64,000 nt of DNA from assembly GCA_051453625.1 (NCBI GenBank), contig JBOZIK010000001.1, forward strand, positions 26,819,994 through 26,883,993, in the 5' to 3' direction. Of the stretch, positions 14,330 to 27,461 are shown piece by piece. Each line of letters opens with the position of its first letter. Position 1 is the stretch's first letter. The notes under the pieces were generated by a model. The model did no database searches. It was not told the DNA's origin and saw only the letters and a list, made by a program, of their open reading frames with translations. The translations under genes and the position numbers were made by a program. This DNA comes from Welwitschia mirabilis. Lineage: Eukaryota.

Positions 14330-17300
14330 ATAATTATTTATTTTTCTTTTTTACCTGGGTAATATTTGAGATTGATTTTTTGAAACCTTACGAAAAAAAC
14401 TTGGAAAAATAATGACTTTAAGACATCAATAGAAATCCTTACTTGAAAACATTCATTTTTGATCTTTAATCTTCTTTGGACATTAAACCTTCTTCAAAAC
14501 ATTAAATCTTTTACATCCTACCTTAGAGCATCAAATCCTCTCCTTAAAAAGGTATTTCTTCTAGTGTAAACATTTATAGTTTCCTCTATAACAAGTTTTA
14601 TTATTGAATACTCAATAGATGTTATTGAGCATGGAGCAACCTAGAATCATTCCATTTTCAACTTTGAAGTTAAACCTTCTTAGCTTATTCCTTTTATTTA
14701 AAATGAAATACTTTGAGCTAAGTATATAAAAATAACTTACTAAAGTTTTCTTACCTAATCATAATTGATATGAGGTACAACATCTTACCAAAAATCTATT
14801 GAAAATATAACAAGAAATGTTAATGATTTTTATCTAGAAATGATATGAAACCTATTTATTATACATCACTATTCTTATCATTTCGTTTAAAACCTTGTTA
14901 TTTCTTTCAAAAACTCCATTTTGTTGTGGAGTTCTTGGTGCAGAGAATTAGTGAAGAATATAAAGTTGTTCACAAAAATTTCTAAACTTTTCATTTTTAA
15001 ATTTGTGCCAATATTACTTCTTATCATCNNNNNNNNNNNNNNNNNNNNNNNNNNNNNNNNNNNNNNNNNNNNNNNNNNNNNNNNNNNNNNNNNNNNNNNN
15101 NNNNNNNNNNNNNNNNNNNNNNNNNNNNAATATAACAAGCAATGTTAATGATTTTTATCTAGAAATGATATGAAACCTATTTATTATACATCACCATTCT
15201 TATCATTTTGTTTAAAACCTTGTTCTTTCTTTCAAAAACTCCATTTTGTTGTGGATTTCTTGGTGCAGAGAATTGGTGAAGAGTATAAAGTTGTTCACAA
15301 AAATTTCTAAACTTTTCATTTTTAAATTTATGCCAATATTACTTCTTATCATCTTAATCTTGTATCATTTTTGGTTTTGTAACCTAATGCAAAACTTAGA
15401 GAAAATGCTAAATGCATCATCCTTATGTGTAAGGAATGCTACCCATGTAAAATGAAAGTAATCATTAATAATAGTTATATCTTTTCTTAACAGAACTTTC
15501 TGAGGGAGATGGACCAATGTAAAAATATCAAGATACAAAGGATCTAAAGGACATTTAATTGTAATATTATTTTTCTTATTAAAACTTACCCTTATTTTCT
15601 TTTCTTTCTAATGTGCTTCACAAACCTGATCATTAAAGATTTTTAATTTAGGAAGTTCTCTTACCATTACTTTTAAGGCCAAGATTTTTAGCGAGTTTTT
15701 GTTTATGTGCCTAAGCTTCCTATGCCATAGCTTATATTCATCTGTAGTACTTAACAGACACTTGGTTTCCTTCCTAGAGATATCTTGTAAAGTAGTGATA
15801 TATACATTAATTTTTTAATTCTAGTAAATAAAAGTTTATTTAAGTTATATTATTTGATAATCCAATTATCTTTGATAAATGTTATAAAAAAAATTGCATT
15901 GCATAATTGACTAGCACTCAAAAGATTATGTTGTAGTTCTTCTACAAATAAAACATTGTTTATATTAGGTAGATTATCTCCTCCAATGGTTCCTATACCT
16001 CTGATAGGTTCCTTAGTATTATCACCAAAAGTGACTACTCCTTTATCTTATTCTACCAAAGTAATACAATTGGATTTGTCTCTAGTCATGTGTCTTGAAC
16101 ACCTACTATTAACATACCATTCATGTTTCTTTACTGCTTATAGTAGAATTTGAGCTAAGAGTGCTGGTCTTGATTTTAGAATTTAAATTTTCTTTGGTTT
16201 AACCTACACAAGATATTATACCATACCTCTTAACTCTTTGGTACTACTAGTGTAATATCTGGTGTCAAATTTTATTAGACAATTAAACTGATAATAACCT
16301 TATTTGTGCTAATAATAATAGATAATATTATTAGTATAAACTATATTCTCATATATTGGCTTGTAGTTCCATTTGTTAAATAAGGAAGCTAAAGTATTAG
16401 TAGAGGCTTTATTATCACCTAAATAACTTTTATCATTTAGAATTCTACATTGTCTAAGNNNNNNNNNNNNNNNNNNNNNNNNNNNNNNNNNNNNNNNNNN
16501 NNNNNNNNNNNNNNNNNNNNNNNNNNNNNNNNNNNNNNNNNNNNNNNNNNNNNNNNNNNNNNNNNNNNNNNNNNNNNNNNNNNNNNNNNNNNNNNNNNNN
16601 NNNNNNNNNNNNNNNNNNNNNNNNNNNNNNNNNNNNNNNNNNNNNNNNNNNNNNNNNNNNNNNNNNNNNNNNNNNNNNNNNNNNNNNNNNNNNNNNNNNN
16701 NNNNNNNNNNNNNNNNNNNNAGTTTCATATCTATTTTAACTTCATTGTCTAATTTAAATTCTTCTTCTTTTTCATTACTTTCCTTTTGGATATGTACAAT
16801 GACCATGTAGGATGGGTGAGCTTTTTTATCATCAAATGTTTCTACTTTAGTTCCATTTTAATCATCATTCCGTCTTGTGAAGAAAAATTTCTTTTTCTTG
16901 GGCTCTTTCTTTTGTGATTTTTCCTTCAATTTGTTAGAGTTAGGACACTTGAGGTTATGTGTCCTCAATTTCCATAAACCCAACATTCTAATTTAGAAAT
17001 ATCTAACTTGGAAGAAAGTAAATAACTATTAGAAATTTTACCTTCAGAATTACTTCTAGCTTGAAACCTAGATGGTCTATGATAATCCTCCTTTTTGTTA
17101 TTCTTTTATGAGGGAAGTCTTTTGACTTCCTTTGTAATAAGTGAAAGTTCTTCTTTCACATCATCCTCAAAATCATCTCCATCTGATCCTTCTTTTATTT
17201 TTCCTTTGGAAGCTTTCTTTGTATTTACACTAGCTTTAAAAGTAATAGGTTTCTCTTTCAGAGCACCATCTTGATTAATATTCATCTCATAAGTTGTTAA

Positions 17301-17914
17301 AGCATTTTGTAATTATTTAATCTTCATTGAATTAATGTTTTTAATTATTCTATGGATGTTGTTTTAGGCCTGTATTCCAAAGTTAAAAATCTAATAACAT
17401 TTTAAATTACATTAACCTTTAGAAGATTTTCAAAAATGCTACATATAATATTCATTATGTCAAAGACTCTTGTGAAGTATTGATGTACTCTTTCTCCATT
17501 TTTCATCTTTAGATTTTTAAACTATTTAGTCCAGATAGGAAGTCTTAATTTCTTGATGATAGTGATTTATTTATATGCTCTAACTAGAACATTTCTTATT
17601 TATTATGTAGTTTTGCATCCAGCTATTCTGTTTAACTCTTCTATTGTAAGGGCTGCATAGAAAGCATTTTTTGCTTTTGAGTCATATATGAAGGCTACCT
17701 TTTATTTATCTTTCTAGTTACTTTTAGGTTTGATTTGTGTAATAGAGTTTCCTATAGAATCTATTATTATTTCCATAGATTTCAAGTATTCATCTTTAAT
17801 GCTTTACCAAACCTGAAACTCATAAGATTATAAGTATATCTACATTCTCATCATCCAATAGACATAGTTTATCCCATTGAACAGTGGAGGCCTAATAGAT
17901 GGCACTTCTTTCAT
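14330..17914 (-). pseudogene. gag-pol: Decayed SIRE-type Ty1/Copia gag-protease-integrase (RT/RNase H not seen)
   Basis: ATG 17914 MKEVPSIRPPLFNGINYVYWMMRM*IYL; protease WYVNSRCSRHMT (~16085-16120), GVVTFGDNTK, VEELQHNLLSASQLC; LWHRKLRHIN (~15703-15732); DYFHFTWVAFL; QFSAPRNPQQNGVFERKNK (~15218-15275). Many stops and frameshifts. Confidence 0.9.
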
Positions 17915-17952
17915 AGTTTACTTAAGGATGTTACTCCTTTTTGTGAGTACCT

Positions 17953-17964
17953 ACTCTAATACCA
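17953..17964 (-). promoter_or_regulatory. Primer-binding site (tRNA-iMet) of the SIRE-type element
   Basis: Minus strand TGGTATTAGAGT vs canonical TGGTATCAGAGC, 2 nt after an LTR ...CA end and just upstream of gag. Confidence 0.85.
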
Positions 17965-17966
17965 CT

Positions 17967-19252
17967 TGAGAATCATTAAACTCAAAGAGAAGGGATCAAT
18001 AAGATCTACCAAAAATAAATTCTATTGAAAATAAATTAAACTCCATACAATAAAAACCTTATCAGATTAATGTAGTTCCCTAACTTGGGTATGTCCACAC
18101 ATAGAGGGTAGCTTATTTGATACCTCTGGATATTCTTAACCTATAGAATAGTGGTTTTGGAGCATCACCAATATTACATACAACTAAGATGCTTCTTACA
18201 AGTAAAAATATCTTCCCCTTAAGGATTTACGAAAAACTAATATAGAAATGTAATCACAAGCACTTACAGAAGCACATCCATAGAAGGGTTAACTTACAAT
18301 TTGGAAACCCTAACAAGGAATCCTAAGAATAAAAGTAAGAAATGAAATATAATATGTGTATTCATTTCATAGTCCTTATAATTGGAGTGCCAATAATGAT
18401 AATAAAAAAAATAACAGGCCTACAAAGATGCTTCTTTAATGAAGTGCTTAAACTATAATGATTATTATCATGTACAAGTGTTTTAGATTAGAGTAATAAA
18501 GCTATTGTAAGAGCAAACAATCAAGCAATGTATTTACCAAATACTCCTTTTTAAAAAATAGTTGAAATATTCCTGTGTAGTACTAATCGCTCATTCGAAT
18601 AACATATTTTTCTTCTCTATTTACGTCCTTTAAACTTTTGATGTCTTCCCTGCTATTACCCTATGGAGATAGCTATTTGGAAGAATTTAACTGTTGTGCA
18701 ATGGATAGAAATGACTAAGTTTTGATCATTCAATGGCTATTTTATTCATAAATTTTTAGGATAAATGTCTTTGAAATAGTAAATGTGTCTTATCAGGAAG
18801 CTGTATTTAACCTGAAAGATGTCTTTGATTAAACTGCCTAGATATTAATAAAATTTGAAATGCTATATCTATAACCCTTAGCAATCACAAATTCAAGATG
18901 TAAAACTTGCTTGATTCCCTAAAATATAGATAATTCATCAAAATATAATTTGTTTTTGTTACCTCTTCCAATTCAATGAAAATGTCTTTAACTTTATAGA
19001 TGTCTTCCAATAGTCAAAGCAGTATAGGCGTCTTTAATATGATAAACATCTTTTACTTGTATGAGGTCCTTGGTTCAGTTTTAACTTCTTTATCATTGTA
19101 GATATCTTTTCCTATGACAAAATATAGTTCAGCATAGATGTCTTTGATATAGTAGACATATTTTTCAAAGACATTTTCACATGTACCGACATCTTCAACT
19201 TGTTGTATTTGACATTCATAAAATCTAAGTTGAAACTTATGTGTGAACTTGA
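17967..19252 (-). mobile_element. 5' LTR of the SIRE-type element (start lost in gap)
   Basis: Ends ...TCTCA next to the PBS; degenerate U5 signal tattgatcccttctct (cf. TATTCACCCCCCTCT); cluster of (a/t)agatgtctt-like palindromic motifs at ~18815-19195. Confidence 0.7.
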
Positions 19253-19690
19253 NNNNNNNNNNNNNNNNNNNNNNNNNNNNNNNNNNNNNNNNNNNNNNNN
19301 NNNNNNNNNNNNNNNNNNNNNNNNNNNNNNNNNNNNNNNNNNNNNNNNNNNNNNNNNNNNNNNNNNNNNNNNNNNNNNNNNNNNNNNNNNNNNNNNNNNN
19401 NNNNNNNNNNNNNNNNNNNNNNNNNNNNNNNNNNNNNNNNNNNNNNNNNNNNNNNNNNNNNNNNNNNNNNNNNNNNNNNNNNNNNNNNNNNNNNNNNNNN
19501 NNNNNNNNNNNNNNNNNNNNNNNNNNNNNNNNNNNNNNNNNNNNNNNNNNNNNNNNNNNNNNNNNNNNNNNNNNNNNNNNNNNNNNNNNNNNNNNNNNNN
19601 NNNNNNNNNNNNNNNNNNNNNNNNNNNNNNNNNNNNNNNNNNNNNNNNNNNNNNNNNNNNNNNNNNNNNNNNNNNNNNNNNNNNNNNNNN

Positions 19691-22370
19691 AGGTATTGAC
19701 TTGGATTGATATTTTTTACTATTTGGTGTTCTCCAATTTGACCTATCTACATAATAGACACTTACATTTGATAAGTGGAATTATCAAAACTAGAATTTTA
19801 CCAACATAATATTATAGCACTTTGTTCCAATAGAGTTAAGAATGTTATGCATGAAGAATTTAGTGCTACATTGCCAACAAGCATCTATAGTCTCGATGTA
19901 GTTGAACATGTCACACGTAGACTATTAGAGCTACTTTGTTAGTAAGCATCTATATCATTGATCTAGTTAACTAAACACAATAAAACTAATTTTAAAAATA
20001 TGCTTTTGAGAATATTTTTATTTTTCTTTTAATTATTCTTCTCATATACATTTTTCATATGCACATAAGAGGGTCATTGGCTCAGTAGCCTAAATAAGAG
20101 ATAATATTATCCTTATAAATGCTTGAAAATAAAGGATACAACATGAAAGTAAAAATTCTACCTTTTCATTTGTTGACTTTTCCAAAATTGAAGACCTCAA
20201 GTAAATGCAAACCTTAACAACATAACTTAAAATGAAAAAATATACTCTTGGAAAACATAAGTATACCTACTCTTAACCAAATCTTAGAGTGACAAAAAGA
20301 CACTTATCATTGCTTATGTAAAAAGCCATTACCTAGGATTGGTAAGTCTCATAAATGCATGGTAAGATGGCTGAGGTGGATGATTAGTTAGCCTTGTAAA
20401 ATAATTCCATGATGAAAGAGATGTGTAATATAGTTTAATATGATGATGGATTATTTTTTAGTATGGATGAAACTTGGAATTACCTATGTCAAATGGCTTA
20501 AGATGATGATTTTACAGGTGGTAATCCTTGGGTGGTTCTATAAGAGATACACTATTAGTTGACATTAGTTTTATTATGAGTGAACCTATCCATCCTAAGT
20601 CTAATCTAAAGGAAAAATATAATATAAAATCATGCAATAAAAATAAACATTTCTCAACATATATTTTTCTAAAGTAAATCATGGATGAAGGCTTAAGATC
20701 ATGTTAAGTGTTATTAACTAGGAGAGAATTAATGTAAATTTTCCCACATAGGTATATGAAATAAGAGAGATTACAAATACAAGTAATGAAGTTTCTGTAT
20801 TTATGGTCTAAAAGGGTTCATCCTATATCTTTTTTATGCTTTATTAATAAGTCTTACAAGATATCACCTTGAGGGAAAGACAAAGGTAAGTTGTAAACCA
20901 CTAGATAAAGTGAATATTTATTAAAAGAATCAGTCTTAAGATCATAAAAAGTGCTTATAATTATAAAGAAGTTTTATTTTTTTCATTAATACTTGAATCT
21001 TATTAAAAATGCTTGGCTCATGAAAATTTTAAAAGGAAGGCAAGGTTTCTACATTCATGGATTAGGTGTGGATTCTTTTTTTGATATTTTCCTCCTTACA
21101 AGGGTTGCTACATAACTTAATCTTAGATGTATAACTCTCTTCAAGTGTAGGATTCTTCTCGAGTAAGTGCTCATCTTTTAATAATTGCTCATCTTTGAGT
21201 AAGTGCTCATATTTTAATAATTTCTTATCTTCTAGTAAGTGCTCATATTTTAATAATTGCCCATCTTAGAGTAAGTGCTTATCTTTTAATAAGTGATCAT
21301 CTTTGAGTAAGTGTTCATATTTTAATAATTTCTTATCTTCTAGGTTTCCTTTTCATCCTGACTTGGGTATCATCAATTTGATTATTTCTAATCTTTTCAA
21401 GGTTTTCAAGTCTTCTAAGATTAGTTTTATGAAATGTAGAAAGATTTTTCTCTACTTATTGGTTAAATGTACTAAAGATTTGAGCATAAATTTGATTTAA
21501 CTATTGAATACTTTTCTCAGGTCTTTTCAATGTGAAAGATATTTACTAGTTTGGATGACCTTCATCTTGGTTAACTTTTATTTGAGCTTTTATAAATCTT
21601 TTAAGGGTATCCTCCAAAGAATTTAAAGAGGGTTTTCAATTTTTAAAGATGAAGGGTATTAGTTAACAGATGAAGAATATGAAAGATAAGATGAATTCTT
21701 TTCATGGAAAAATAAAGAATAACAACTAAAGGATGAAGTGGATTAATAGGTTGATAAGTAATAAGAGTTACAAGAAATAATGGAAAGCATAGGATCAAAT
21801 TCAGATTATGAAAAATAAGGCTTTTTAAACTTATAATCATAAAGATGTTGATTTATGTATGAAGGAGGTTCTATATGTCAAAGATAATCCCTTATGGTTT
21901 AATAAGATTTTTAAGTATTGAATGAATTCTAGGGTTGAAAATAATAGGAGTTATCTTTGAAAAAGAACAAAGGAAAAAAACCAATGTTGTGATTGGCATT
22001 AAATTTCATGTTAGATTTGGAATGGATTTGATAATAGGATTTGCATTTAGAAAGAAACATTTTAAATGATTAAGACCTACTTAAAGTTTAACATGTCAAA
22101 GAACGATGGGTTTAGAAAGTTCTTGATGGTGAAAAATGTCAAGAGAGGTAAGAGAGATCTAGAAAAATGTTAGTAGTGAAATATGTAGAAAGGTCAATAG
22201 CACTAATTAGTTCTACTAGTGATGCTAATTGTTTAATCAGTACATGTTCAATTAAAACTTCAAACATTGAAGGGGTAAATATACCCGAGCTTAGAAAGTT
22301 TATTTTCATTGTTTTAACAAACAAAGGTATTTTCCTTTTATTTTACAAATAAAATCAAAGAAAAAACAAA
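19691..22370 (-). mobile_element. Internal region of a pol-less Athila-like element related to the tandem array at 53-62 kb
   Basis: Reverse complement matches the array internal region: gagccaatgaccctcttatgtg (~20060-20085) vs ~56093 and ~60236; NSLEDTLK-coding segment (~21600-21690) vs ~58650-58740. Confidence 0.8.
21161..21340 (-). repeat. 10 x 18-bp minisatellite (36-bp dimer) reading as KDEHLL-like hexapeptides
   Basis: Units gagtaagtgctcatcttt / taataattgctcatcttt alternate; exact 18-bp phase for 180 bp. Confidence 0.92.
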
Positions 22371-22559
22371 AAACTTAGTGATATTATTAGGGATTTAAAT
22401 AATATTTTAATATATTTTAATATATTTCAAAATTAAAAAGATTTTAAGGGATTTTAACTTAAAATATTATGGAATTTACTTATTAGAAAATTACAAGATT
22501 TATTGGAAAAAAATATCAAGTTTTTTACTTTGCAAAAGGATCCTAAGGATACAGAAGAG

Positions 22560-23750
22560 GATTCTATTTCTTTTTATTTTAGTAACATTGGTAGCTCAAA
22601 AAAATTAAATAGATATGAATTTTATGTATCTAGTAAAGCTTCAATAATATCTTTTAACATTTGATATTATTATGAAAAAATACATCTTGTTTTATCTAGA
22701 CATCAAGCAATTTTTCTTTAATCATTCAAGGAACCTTCTCATAGTAACTATCCATTGATAACAAATGCTATAGTTCTTCTATTTTCCATCTAGAAGTAAT
22801 TTCTTAAGATTATAAACTTTTGTGCAGTTGGTTGATCTCAACTATATAATTCAAATATACAACTTAGACACACTCCCTTTCTAAAATAAACAATGACACC
22901 AAGGATCACACCAATATTTATTATATTTGTTTTGAAAATATTAGTATTGAACCAAAATCTGCTACCTAATTACCAATAGCTCAAATAATCCAAAGAATAA
23001 ATTACTTCTTTCATATGGCCCCTCTTGAAGAAAGAATACCTTCTTTTCTCTTTTCATTAATGTAATTTAGCAAGGAAAGAGAATGGACACACTTTAAGAG
23101 CATAATATGATAGAGAGTTATTTATTAAATTCAGAAGGATGAATTGCAATCCATTCTAGAATAAAAATGAAATAAATTTTTACTATAGAAATATTTTTTC
23201 CATTTTTAACTAGCGTACATAGATATATTATATCTTATTTTCTATTCCATCAAGAAAATTACTTTTTATTTATTCATGGGTTTTACAAACATGGATTAGA
23301 CTACATCTAATCACCTCCAAAGAAAATATTAGATTACTAAGAAAGTTTAAATCACATAACACCAACATTTTCGAAACTCTAAAGATTATTATATTTAATA
23401 TAAAAATGTTGACTTCTTTTAAAAACTATTTGTTTTAAACTAGCTTGATTATAATTTTTTTCCTAATTCAACCAATACATCCTCTAATCTTTAATCAACT
23501 TTATGCTTTAATTTAATTTCTTGGAGCAAGTATTCTATCTTGTTTCCAATATTCTACATCTTAATCTAGTCAAAATTTTTTAATTTTGGGATTTCCTTAT
23601 TGAATAGTATTTTCCTTGGTAAAAATACGTAAAAAAAGATTTTCCTTTTCTTAGAATCATACTTGAAAGTTTCCTGCCTCAAATGGATTAGCCATTTAAT
23701 TTTTATGGTCAGCACAAAGTGATCTTCATAACCAGTAATGGGAAATGAAT
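22560..23750 (-). mobile_element. Possible very decayed LINE ORF2 C-terminus (zf-RVT/RNase H region)
   Basis: Faint W-x-I-W-like trace near 22960-23000 and HxxxxC-like trace near 23090; no continuous frame. Confidence 0.25.
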
Positions 23751-25269
23751 GCAAGAAAATGAAATGGTAGCATAGGTATGAATTGAAGATAATAGAAAAA
23801 CCCTAAAAAAATTGAAAACTCAAAAAAATAAAAAAAAGAAAAAAAAAAAGAAAGAAAGAAAAAAAGAGAACAAGAGGGTTCTTCTCTATTTTCATCATTT
23901 TTGATTTCCTTTTAGTTTTATAATTTTCATCACTTAAACCTTGGTTTAAAAGGAATTGAACATTAAAAACTTGCAAAAACTAGTTATCCCTATACATAAA
24001 AGATTGATATAATACTAAAATTCCATGTTAGAGCTAAAGCATCTATTAAAAACTTAAGGAATTAAAAATCAAGATTTATTAAGGCACATTTGAAAAGGGA
24101 CTAGTACCAATTACTAGAGAGTATAAAAAATGAAAAATAAAAAATTAGGACCAATTTGGATATTACTAGAAAAGGATTAATGCCAGCCACTAGAGAGTAA
24201 AAAAATGAAAAATGCAAAAATATAAATGTAAGAAAATAAAAACTATGCATGCTTCATTATAACTACCATGCCATTATCTTTATAAATGAGGCCAAAAAGC
24301 TTATTTGTATAAAATACAGCTACATTTGTATCTTAAAGTTAAAAAATAATAATAACATAAGATCACCTTAGACATACAAGTCTTATAAAGCCACATATAA
24401 ACTTATACCAATAAATACTAAGAGTTTCATTAAAGCATAGTCTTAGTTTCATTATTTCCTCAAAGATAAATNNNNNNNNNNNNNNNNNNNNNNNNNNNNN
24501 NNNNNNNNNNNNNNNNNNNNNNNNNNNNNNNNNNNNNNNNNNNNNNNNNNNNNNNNNNNNNNNNNNNNNNNNNNNNNNNNNNNNNNNNNNNNNNNNNNNN
24601 NNNNNNNNNNNNNNNNNNNNNNNNNNNNNNNNNNNNNNNNNNNNNNNNNNNNNNNNNNNNNNNNNNNNNNNNNNNNNNNNNNNNNNNNNNNNNNNNNNNN
24701 NNNNNNNNNNNNNNNNNNNNNNNNNNNNNNNNNNNNNNNNNNNNNNNNNNNNNNNNNNNNNNNNNNNNNNNNNNNNNNNNNNNNNNNNNNNNNNNNNNNN
24801 NNNNNNNNNNNNNNNNNNNNNNNNNNNNNNNNNNNNNNNNNNNNNNNNNNNNNNNNNNNNNNNNNNNNNNNNNNNNNNNNNNNNNNNNNNNNNNNNNNNN
24901 NNNNNNNNNNNNNNNNNNNNNNNNNNNNNNNNNNNNNNNNNNNNNNNNNNNNNNNNNNNNNNNNNNNNNNNNNNNNNNNNNNNNNNNNNNNNNNNNNNNN
25001 NNNNNNNNNNNNNNNNNNNNNNNNNNNNNNNNNNNNNNNNNNNNNNNNNNNNNNNNNNNNNNNNNNNNNNNNNNNNNNNNNNNNNNNNNNNNNNNNNNNN
25101 NNNNNNNNNNNNNNNNNNNNNNNNNNNNNNNNNNNNNNNNNNNNNNNNNNNNNNNNNNNNNNNNNNNNNNNNNNNNNNNNNNNNNNNNNNNNNNNNNNNN
25201 NNNNNNNNNNNNNNNNNNNNNNNNNNNNNNNNNNNNNNNNNNNNNNNNNNNNNNNNNNNNNNNNNNNNA

Positions 25270-25938
25270 GAAAAAAACCAAATGTAAAGACACAATTCAG
25301 TGAAAAAAAAGTAAAACCAAGAAGAAATGTTTATAATAATTCAAAAACTAAAGCTAGGAATGGAGCGTGGCTTTCAGAATTTAGCATGAACATAAAAACA
25401 ATGGTGAGAGTTCCTATAATAAAAATAAATTTACTCTATTATAAAATTAGAAATGTTAAGCTTTGTCAAATCTGAAGCATAATGACATAATCTCATTTAC
25501 CATATGAGTGTTGGTAATGACCTCAAGTCATCTTAACTCTTATAACATGTTTGTATAAGCATGGAAAGTAGGATGTGATTCCCAAAGACCATCAAACATC
25601 AATATAAACTATGGACTAAGATGTAAACATGAAGGAGTTACTCAAAAATAATATAAAGCTCAGCATGTTTTAGTATAATAAGAAGTATAAAAAGTATGTA
25701 AACATTCACAATTGTTATTTAAAAACTTGCAAAAAAATTCACTATAGCTTCTCTAACTTATTAAAAGCATTAAAAGTATGTCACTATCCACATTTAAAAT
25801 AAAGATAATAAATCTAAGAATAGTAGTATTTTATTAATGAAATAGAGTAAAGATATAACACATAAATAGGAAACATCAAATTATGACTGAAATTTCATGC
25901 TAGCCTTAAGGGCTTAACCATCTTAAGAGAAAGATTTA
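25270..25938 (-). mobile_element. LTR fragment between two gaps, same family as 29808-31255
   Basis: Collinear with ~29960-30581 (roughly 75% by eye); reverse complement shares ttaccaacact.at.tg.taaatga.attatgt with array LTR at ~58180-58210. Confidence 0.75.
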
Positions 25939-26038
25939 NNNNNNNNNNNNNNNNNNNNNNNNNNNNNNNNNNNNNNNNNNNNNNNNNNNNNNNNNNNNNN
26001 NNNNNNNNNNNNNNNNNNNNNNNNNNNNNNNNNNNNNN

Positions 26039-26093
<55 letters not shown>

Positions 26094-26112
26094 TGAGTGA
26101 GTGAGTGAGTGA

Positions 26113-26150
<38 letters not shown>
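26039..26150. repeat. (GT)n(GAGT)n(GA)n compound microsatellite
   Basis: Direct reading. Confidence 0.95.
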
Positions 26151-26153
<3 letters not shown>

Positions 26154-27461
26154 GAAGAAGATAAAATTCTAAAAATAAATTTTATGATGTTCTATTACAA
26201 ACATAGCAGGGTAAATTTATTTCAAAAGGAACCTTTAATAATATGATATGGTAACTGTGGCAACTCACCAAAGAGTTACTTCGTCATGATCTAGTTTCAA
26301 CTTAAGGGATCTTACTCTTTTGGTAGTGGTTGCACTTCCTTCATCATTGTGAATAGTATTCTTTACTACCTTATTGACTTGACTTTTCATAAGGCTAGAG
26401 CCATGACTTTGAGAGCATGATAAAACATATTGATCATTAGATGATACATTAGCAAAGTCTCATTATTTATTTAGTAGATGATTGGATTTATTTTAGTCCT
26501 AACATTACATTAATACTTTTACAAAATAACTACCTGATATTATTGTAATCATTACCCTCTCTTCATTCGGCTTATTATTATCTATCACTTAATGATGCAT
26601 TATTAATATCAAATAGTTCTATGATGAATACAATTAATTCTTGCTATGTTAGTATTTTGGGTAAAGTAGTTAATATTCTTCATATACCTTTATGTCTATT
26701 TATCATTTTTAGCATTTTCTTAGTTTTTTACTTAGAAATCTTAAAGACATTTTTACATTTTACTATCATATTAATAGGACCTATATCCTTTTAGCTTATC
26801 ATCATCTTTATCTCTTTCACCTCAGTGGCCACTGCTTAATCATACTATTACTTTCATCATTGACTATCAGTTTCAATTTATCTTAATTTTTACCTCATTA
26901 AGTATGAACATCATTTTATGATTTTATTTTTCTTTTTATTTTCAGGTTGTAATTTCTACTTTGTTTTCACTTTTTAGTTTTATATCTCTTGAAACTTTTA
27001 ACTTGTTTATTTTGATCATTACATGTATTGCCAGCCCACCAAGCAAAACCTGTAGTTTCTTGGTCATGACCAGTTAAAGTAAGAGTTCCATTAAAAAGCG
27101 TTTCCATGGGGTAGAATATAAGGTTTTCATGAGGCTAATCTTGAGCTTACTTCAAATCTGGATGAATTTATTTATCTCATGGGGGTGAAATCTTTGGGAT
27201 CATCAAAATATTAGATCTAATTAAAATGAATTTGTGTATTCTATATTAATGCATATCTTATTCATAATATTTAATTGAAATATCTTTTTAATATGCTAAA
27301 TGAGATGAATTCTATGTTTGATAATGTATCACTTAAGTGCTGTTTCTTATTTCTTTTCTAATTGGGCTCACTTCTGTTCTTTTCCACTTTCTTTCTCAAG
27401 AACTAATAAATTCTTAGTGACAGGTTACTTTACAAGGCCAAATTGATCAATTTAATAGTTT

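Noticed and set aside
21161-21340. CRISPR-like array
   Set aside because: Contiguous units without unique spacers, in a eukaryotic TE context.
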